Source: Verrucomicrobiota bacterium (GTDB lineage: Bacteria; Verrucomicrobiota; Verrucomicrobiia; Limisphaerales; JADJPG01). Taken from it: DNA of 64,000 nucleotides. The stretch is from NCBI GenBank assembly GCA_046048995.1, contig JBJOEZ010000016.1, forward strand, positions 7,243 to 71,242, in the 5' to 3' direction. The number at the start of each line of letters is the position of its first letter. Position 1 is the first letter of the stretch. The notes beneath the pieces were generated by a model. That model was not told the origin of the DNA and did no database searches. It saw nothing but the letters and a program-made list of their open reading frames with translations. Of this stretch, positions 59,842 to 64,000 are shown piece by piece. Position numbers and translations under genes: made by a program.

Positions 59842-62451
59842 ATGAATCCCCGCGCCCTCGCCCCCCTGCCGCTCTGCGCCGCCCTCCTCTTCGCCGGTTG
59901 CTCCTCCCAGCCGAAGCCCGCCGCCCCCGCCGCCGGGACCACGGCCAGGACCGGCCCCGAGTCCCTCGCCGCCGGTTCCAGCACCAACCGGCTCCGCCGC
60001 CCCACCAACAGCCTGCCCGCCTCCCTGCCCCCGGCCCTCGCCGAGGCCGCCGCCGCGGCCGCCAGCGGCGAGCGACGCCAGGAAATCCGCCCCTACGACA
60101 AGGTCATCACCAAGGACGCCAAGACCCAGCGCGGCCTCTTCACCGTCCATCGCATCGATGACAAGGTCTACTTCGAGATCCCCGTGAAGGAGTTCGGCAA
60201 GGAACTTCTCTGGGTCTCCCAGGTCGCCCGCACCCAGTCCGGCTTCGGCTACGGCGGCGGCACCTCCCTCGGCAACCGCGTGGTCCGCTGGCAGCTCCAC
60301 AACGACAAGGAGGTCTTCCTCCGCGACGTCAAATACTCCATCCGCGCCGAGGGTCCCAACTCCGTCCGCAAGGCCGTCGAGGCCAGCACGCTGGAACCCA
60401 TCATCCGCAAGTTCTCCCTCGCCGCCTGGGCCACCAACAAGTCCGCCGCCGTCATCGACGTCACCGAGCTCTTCCTCTCCGACGTCTCCGAGTTCAGCGC
60501 CCGCAGCCGCCTCGGCGCCAGCGGGGCCGACCGCAGCCGCTCCTACCTCGACAGCGTCAAGGCCTTCCCCGACAACATCGAAACCCGCGCCCTCATCACC
60601 TACTCCCTCTCCGGCGGCAGCCCCATCTCCAGCCTGCTCACCAACCTCCCCACCCGGTCGGAACGCCGCGACGGCAGCCTCAGCGCCGTCTCCGTCCTCC
60701 TCCACCACAGCATGGTCCGCCTCCCCGCCCAGCCCATGCGCCCCCGCGAACTCGACGAACGCGTCGGCTTCTTCAGCATCGGCTTCGAGAACTTCAGCAC
60801 CACCGAGCACGAGGTGAAGCGCGTGCGCTACATCAACCGCTGGCGCCTCGAGAAAAAGGACCCCGCCGCCGAGGTCTCCGAGCCCAAGAAACCCATCGTC
60901 TACTACATCGGCCGCGGCGTGCCCGACCAGTGGCGCCCCTGGATCAAGAAGGGCGTCGAGGCCTGGCAACCCGCCTTCGAGAAGGCCGGCTTCAAGAACG
61001 CCATCATCGCCAAGGACGCCCCCTCCGAGAAGGAGGACCCGAACTGGGACGCCGAGGACGCCCGGTTCTCCACCATCCAGTGGCTCCCCTCCACCATCGA
61101 AAACGCCATGGGCCCCCATGTCCATGACCCGCGCACCGGCGAAATCCTCGAGGCCGACATCCTGATGTACCACAACATCCTCAAGCTCAACCGCGACTGG
61201 TACTTCACCCAGGCCTCCCCCAACGACCCCCGCGCCCAGAAGCTCCCCCTCCCCGATGATCTCATGGGCGAACTGCTCGCCTACGTGGTCACCCACGAAG
61301 TCGGTCACACGCTCGGCTTTCCCCACAACATGAAGGCCAGCTCCGCCTACTCCATCGAGCAACTGCGGGACCCCGAGTTCACCCGCAAGAACGGGACCGA
61401 GGCGTCCATCATGGACTACGGCCGCTTCAACTATGTCGCCCAACCCGGCGACAACGCCGCCCTCATCCCCGTCGTCGGCCCCTATGACTTCTTCGCCGTC
61501 GAATGGGGCTACCAGCAGTTCCCCGGCACCACCAACGCCGCCGGGGACAAGCCCCACCTCGACGCCATCGCCGCCCGCCAGGTGAACGACCCCATGCTCC
61601 GCTTCGGCGACCCCAACCCCGGCGTCGATTCCACCCAGCAGACCGAGGACCTTAGCAATGACCCCGTCCGGGCCACCGAGCTCGGCCTCAGGAACATCGA
61701 CCGCGTCATGGGCTACCTCGTCAGCGCCACCTGCCGCGAGAACGAGGACTACGATCTGCTCCGCAACATGTACTCCCAGGTCCTCGCCCAGCGGGACCGC
61801 GAGCTCATGCACGTCGTCAACGTCGTCGGCGCCGTGGTCGAAAACCGGCTCTGGTTCGGCCAGGCCGACCGGGTCTACGCGCCCAAGCCCGCCGACCGCC
61901 AGCGCGACGCCGTCGCCTTCCTTAACCGCCACGCGTTCGCCACCCCCACCAACCTGCTCCGCCCCGATGTCCTCGCCCGCCTCGAACCCGGCGGCGCCCC
62001 CGACCGCATCCTCGCCAGCCAGCGCCGCCTCCTGGCCGCCCTCCTCGACGACACCCGCGCCAAGCGGATGGCCGAGCACGGCAACGGCGCCACCGGCGCC
62101 TACCTGCCCATCCAACTCATCGCGGATCTCCGCGCCGGCATCTGGGGCGAACTGGCCGCCAGTTCGGTCGACATCGACCTCTACCGCCGGAACCTCCAGC
62201 GCGCCTACGTCGAACTGATCGGCGCCATCGCCGATCGCACCGACGCCGGCAGCGATCTCCCCGGCCTCGCCCGCAGCGAACTGAAGAGCCTCGGCGCCGC
62301 CGTCGCCAAGGTCGCCCAAGTCAGCGGCCCCGTGACGCGCGCCCACCTCGACGACATCCTCGCCCGCATCGAGCGCATCCTCGACCCGCGCGGCAGCAAG
62401 ACCGCCGAAAGCCCCGTCCGCGTCACGGTCGACCGCAGCGTGGCCCCCTGA
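59842..62451 (+). CDS. Zinc-dependent metalloprotease lipoprotein (met-zincin, DUF5117/DUF4953-like)
   Basis: Lipobox ..ALLFAGCSS. Catalytic HEVGHTLGFPHN, with ..EASIMDY.. downstream. 869 aa. Confidence 0.85.
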   Translation: MNPRALAPLPLCAALLFAGCSSQPKPAAPAAGTTARTGPESLAAGSSTNRLRRPTNSLPASLPPALAEAAAAAASGERRQEIRPYDKVITKDAKTQRGLFTVHRIDDKVYFEIPVKEFGKELLWVSQVARTQSGFGYGGGTSLGNRVVRWQLHNDKEVFLRDVKYSIRAEGPNSVRKAVEASTLEPIIRKFSLAAWATNKSAAVIDVTELFLSDVSEFSARSRLGASGADRSRSYLDSVKAFPDNIETRALITYSLSGGSPISSLLTNLPTRSERRDGSLSAVSVLLHHSMVRLPAQPMRPRELDERVGFFSIGFENFSTTEHEVKRVRYINRWRLEKKDPAAEVSEPKKPIVYYIGRGVPDQWRPWIKKGVEAWQPAFEKAGFKNAIIAKDAPSEKEDPNWDAEDARFSTIQWLPSTIENAMGPHVHDPRTGEILEADILMYHNILKLNRDWYFTQASPNDPRAQKLPLPDDLMGELLAYVVTHEVGHTLGFPHNMKASSAYSIEQLRDPEFTRKNGTEASIMDYGRFNYVAQPGDNAALIPVVGPYDFFAVEWGYQQFPGTTNAAGDKPHLDAIAARQVNDPMLRFGDPNPGVDSTQQTEDLSNDPVRATELGLRNIDRVMGYLVSATCRENEDYDLLRNMYSQVLAQRDRELMHVVNVVGAVVENRLWFGQADRVYAPKPADRQRDAVAFLNRHAFATPTNLLRPDVLARLEPGGAPDRILASQRRLLAALLDDTRAKRMAEHGNGATGAYLPIQLIADLRAGIWGELAASSVDIDLYRRNLQRAYVELIGAIADRTDAGSDLPGLARSELKSLGAAVAKVAQVSGPVTRAHLDDILARIERILDPRGSKTAESPVRVTVDRSVAP

Positions 62452-62483
62452 CCCCCCGCCCGCGCGCCCAGCCCGCACCGCGC

Positions 62484-63620
62484 ATGCACCTGGGCTTCGT
62501 GCTGTTTGATTACTTCCCGTTCGGCGGGCTGGAACGCGACTGCCTCCGCATCGCCGGCCTCTGCGCCGCCGCCGGGCACGAGGTCACGGTCTTCACCCGC
62601 ACCTGGCAGGGCGAACGCCCGCCCGGTCTCCAGATCGAACTGCTCGGCCGCCACGGCTTCACCATCCCCGCCCGCAACCGGGCCTTCGTCCGACAACTGG
62701 CCGCCCTCCTGCCCACCCGCCGCCTCGACTGCGTCGCCGGCTTCAACAAGATGCCCGGCCTCGATGTCTACTACGGCGCCGACCCCTGCTACGCCGCCGC
62801 CCTCCAAGCCAAGCCCGCCTGGAAAAGCGCCCTGCCCCGCTACCGCCATTACCTTGAGCTGGAACGGGCCGTTTTCCAGCGCGGCCAACCGACCGTCATC
62901 CTCCAATACATCCCGCGCGACATCCCCCTCTACCAGCAGTTCTACGGCACCGAGAGCCGCTTCCACGTCCTCCCTCCCAACGCCACCCGCCATCCCTACT
63001 CCGAGGCGGACCGCGAACCGGCCCGCGCGCGCCTCCGCGCGGAAATCGGGGCCCCACCCGACGCCCCGCTCCTGCTCTTCGTCGGGTCCGATTTCCAGCG
63101 CAAGGGCCTCGACCGGATCCTCCTGGCCATGGGAGCGCTGGAACCCGCCCTGCGCTCCCGCACGCACCTCGCCATCCTCGGCCGGGACGAACCCGGACGC
63201 TTCCGCCGCCTGGCCGCCCAGCTCGGGTTCACCGCCCAAGCCCATTTCCTCGGTGGCCGCCTCGATGCCCCCGACTGGATGCTCGCGGCCGACCTCATGC
63301 TGCACCCCGCCCGCAGCGAGAACACCGGCAGTGTCCTGGTGGAGGCGCTCCACTTCGGCCTGCCGGTCCTCGCCACCGAGGTCTGCGGCTACACCCCGCA
63401 TATCCTCACCGCCCAGGCCGGCCGATCCCTGCCCGAACCCTTCGCCCAGGACCACTTCAACCGCGTGCTTCAGGAAGCCCTGTCCGGCCCGGAACGCCCT
63501 GCCTGGCGCGCCCACGCCCTGGCCTACGCCGCCTCCGGCGCGATTTACGGCTGCCACGAACGGGCGGCGGAAATCATCCTGCAAACCGCCGCCCGCCGCG
63601 CGGGCCTCCGGCCCGCTTAA
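62484..63620 (+). CDS. waaG: Lipopolysaccharide core glucosyltransferase I-like glycosyltransferase (GT4)
   Basis: MHLGFVLFDYFPFGGLERDCLRIA...GFNKMPGLDVYYGADPCY...RYRHYLELERAVF...LLFVGSDFQRKGLDR...ENTGSVLVEALHFGLPVLATEVCGY is colinear with E. coli WaaG/RfaG as I remember it. Confidence 0.85.
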   Translation: MHLGFVLFDYFPFGGLERDCLRIAGLCAAAGHEVTVFTRTWQGERPPGLQIELLGRHGFTIPARNRAFVRQLAALLPTRRLDCVAGFNKMPGLDVYYGADPCYAAALQAKPAWKSALPRYRHYLELERAVFQRGQPTVILQYIPRDIPLYQQFYGTESRFHVLPPNATRHPYSEADREPARARLRAEIGAPPDAPLLLFVGSDFQRKGLDRILLAMGALEPALRSRTHLAILGRDEPGRFRRLAAQLGFTAQAHFLGGRLDAPDWMLAADLMLHPARSENTGSVLVEALHFGLPVLATEVCGYTPHILTAQAGRSLPEPFAQDHFNRVLQEALSGPERPAWRAHALAYAASGAIYGCHERAAEIILQTAARRAGLRPA

Positions 63621-63747
63621 GAGACTGTCCGCCCGACTTCGGGCCAGGGCCGCCAAGGGGCCTCCTGCGTCGGTCGCGCATCTTTGGGGCGGCCCCGCGG
63701 CCACCGCAGGCTTGAAAAGCCTCGCCAGCGCTGATAGCCAAACCTTC

Positions 63748-64000
63748 ATGTTCGCCCACCCCCTGGCCCGCCTCCTCGCCATCACCCTCGTCACCCTGAC
63801 GCTGGCTGGGTCCGCCCTCGCCCAGTCCTCCCATCTCCAGGTGCTGTCTGCGAACGGCAAGGCCAAGGTCCTCTACCAGGGAAGTCAGGTCTGGTCCGGC
63901 CCCGTTCAGGGCACCGCCTCCGCACGCAGCCGCTCCGTCAACGGCAAGGACTACGCCGCCGCATTCGACGGGGACAAGGTCCTCTGGGAAAACGTCCCCG
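63748..64000 (+). CDS. Hypothetical secreted protein, 3' end outside the window
   Basis: Hand translation from ATG 63748 gives MFAHPLARLLAITLVTLTLAGSALAQSSHLQVLSANGKAKVLYQGSQVWSGPVQG... (signal peptide, high GC3). The frame is open to the window edge and is not in the ORF track because no stop is reached. Confidence 0.5.
   Translation, partial: MFAHPLARLLAITLVTLTLAGSALAQSSHLQVLSANGKAKVLYQGSQVWSGPVQGTASARSRSVNGKDYAAAFDGDKVLWENVP

Noticed and set aside
62205-63866. 553-aa minus-strand ORF
   Set aside because: It is antisense to the waaG-like gene, which is colinear with E. coli WaaG.

Overview
GC-rich bacterial chromosomal window (roughly two-thirds G+C by eye, with extreme G/C at codon position 3). 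Long stop-free ORFs therefore occur on both strands, and most track ORFs are antisense or shadow artefacts. I support 36 protein-coding genes. I found no rRNA, tRNA, CRISPR array, transposase, integrase or phage gene by eye. Gene content points to the PVC superphylum (Verrucomicrobiota/Planctomycetota-like), based on a DUF1592-type cytochrome c protein and giant Ig/cadherin-like surface proteins; this taxonomic call is inference only.

Layout:
- 1-24512: two tandem giant repeat-protein genes, one at least 3830 aa and 5'-truncated by the window edge, the other 4265 aa. Both are built from ~100-aa modules ending in PVNDPP, plus Ig-like, DUF11-like, GEVED-like and P-domain-like parts.
- 24.5-36.2 kb: housekeeping block with an esterase, M29 aminopeptidase, ilvN-ilvC, a sugar ABC binding protein plus permease, an orphan Mpa/ARC-like AAA ATPase, and nadC-birA-coaX.
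- 36.3-39.5 kb: a cadherin-like secreted protein followed by a beta-barrel outer-membrane protein.
- 39.7-50.7 kb: waaA, a UbiA-family prenyltransferase, a four-gene MacAB/Lol-like exporter, a zincin-like membrane protein, ogg, and a PAP2::GT-C fusion gene divergent from a LAB_N/zinc-ribbon gene.
- 50.7-54.3 kb: an Ig/PPC-like secreted protein followed by two small membrane proteins.
- 54.6-64 kb: a Trx/PDZ protein, a cytochrome c/PA14/DUF1592-type protein, a DEAD-box helicase, a lipoprotein metalloprotease, waaG, and a partial secreted protein.

The most interesting signal is a short beta-rich C-terminal module ending in F-[YFL]-(Y)-R. It closes four different secreted proteins in this one window, including both giants, and matches none of the sorting tags I know (PEP-CTERM, LPXTG, T9SS CTD, autotransporter). 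It is a candidate undescribed surface-sorting or anchoring tag; one carrier is directly coupled to an OMP gene and another to two small membrane-protein genes. Secondary leads are a nested 0.3 kb / 1.5 kb repeat hierarchy in the giant gene, an Mpa-like ATPase with no Pup-proteasome neighbours and no C-terminal docking motif, and a PAP2::GT-C fusion in an LPS context.

All domain names come from motif recognition by eye. No HMM or BLAST search was run.
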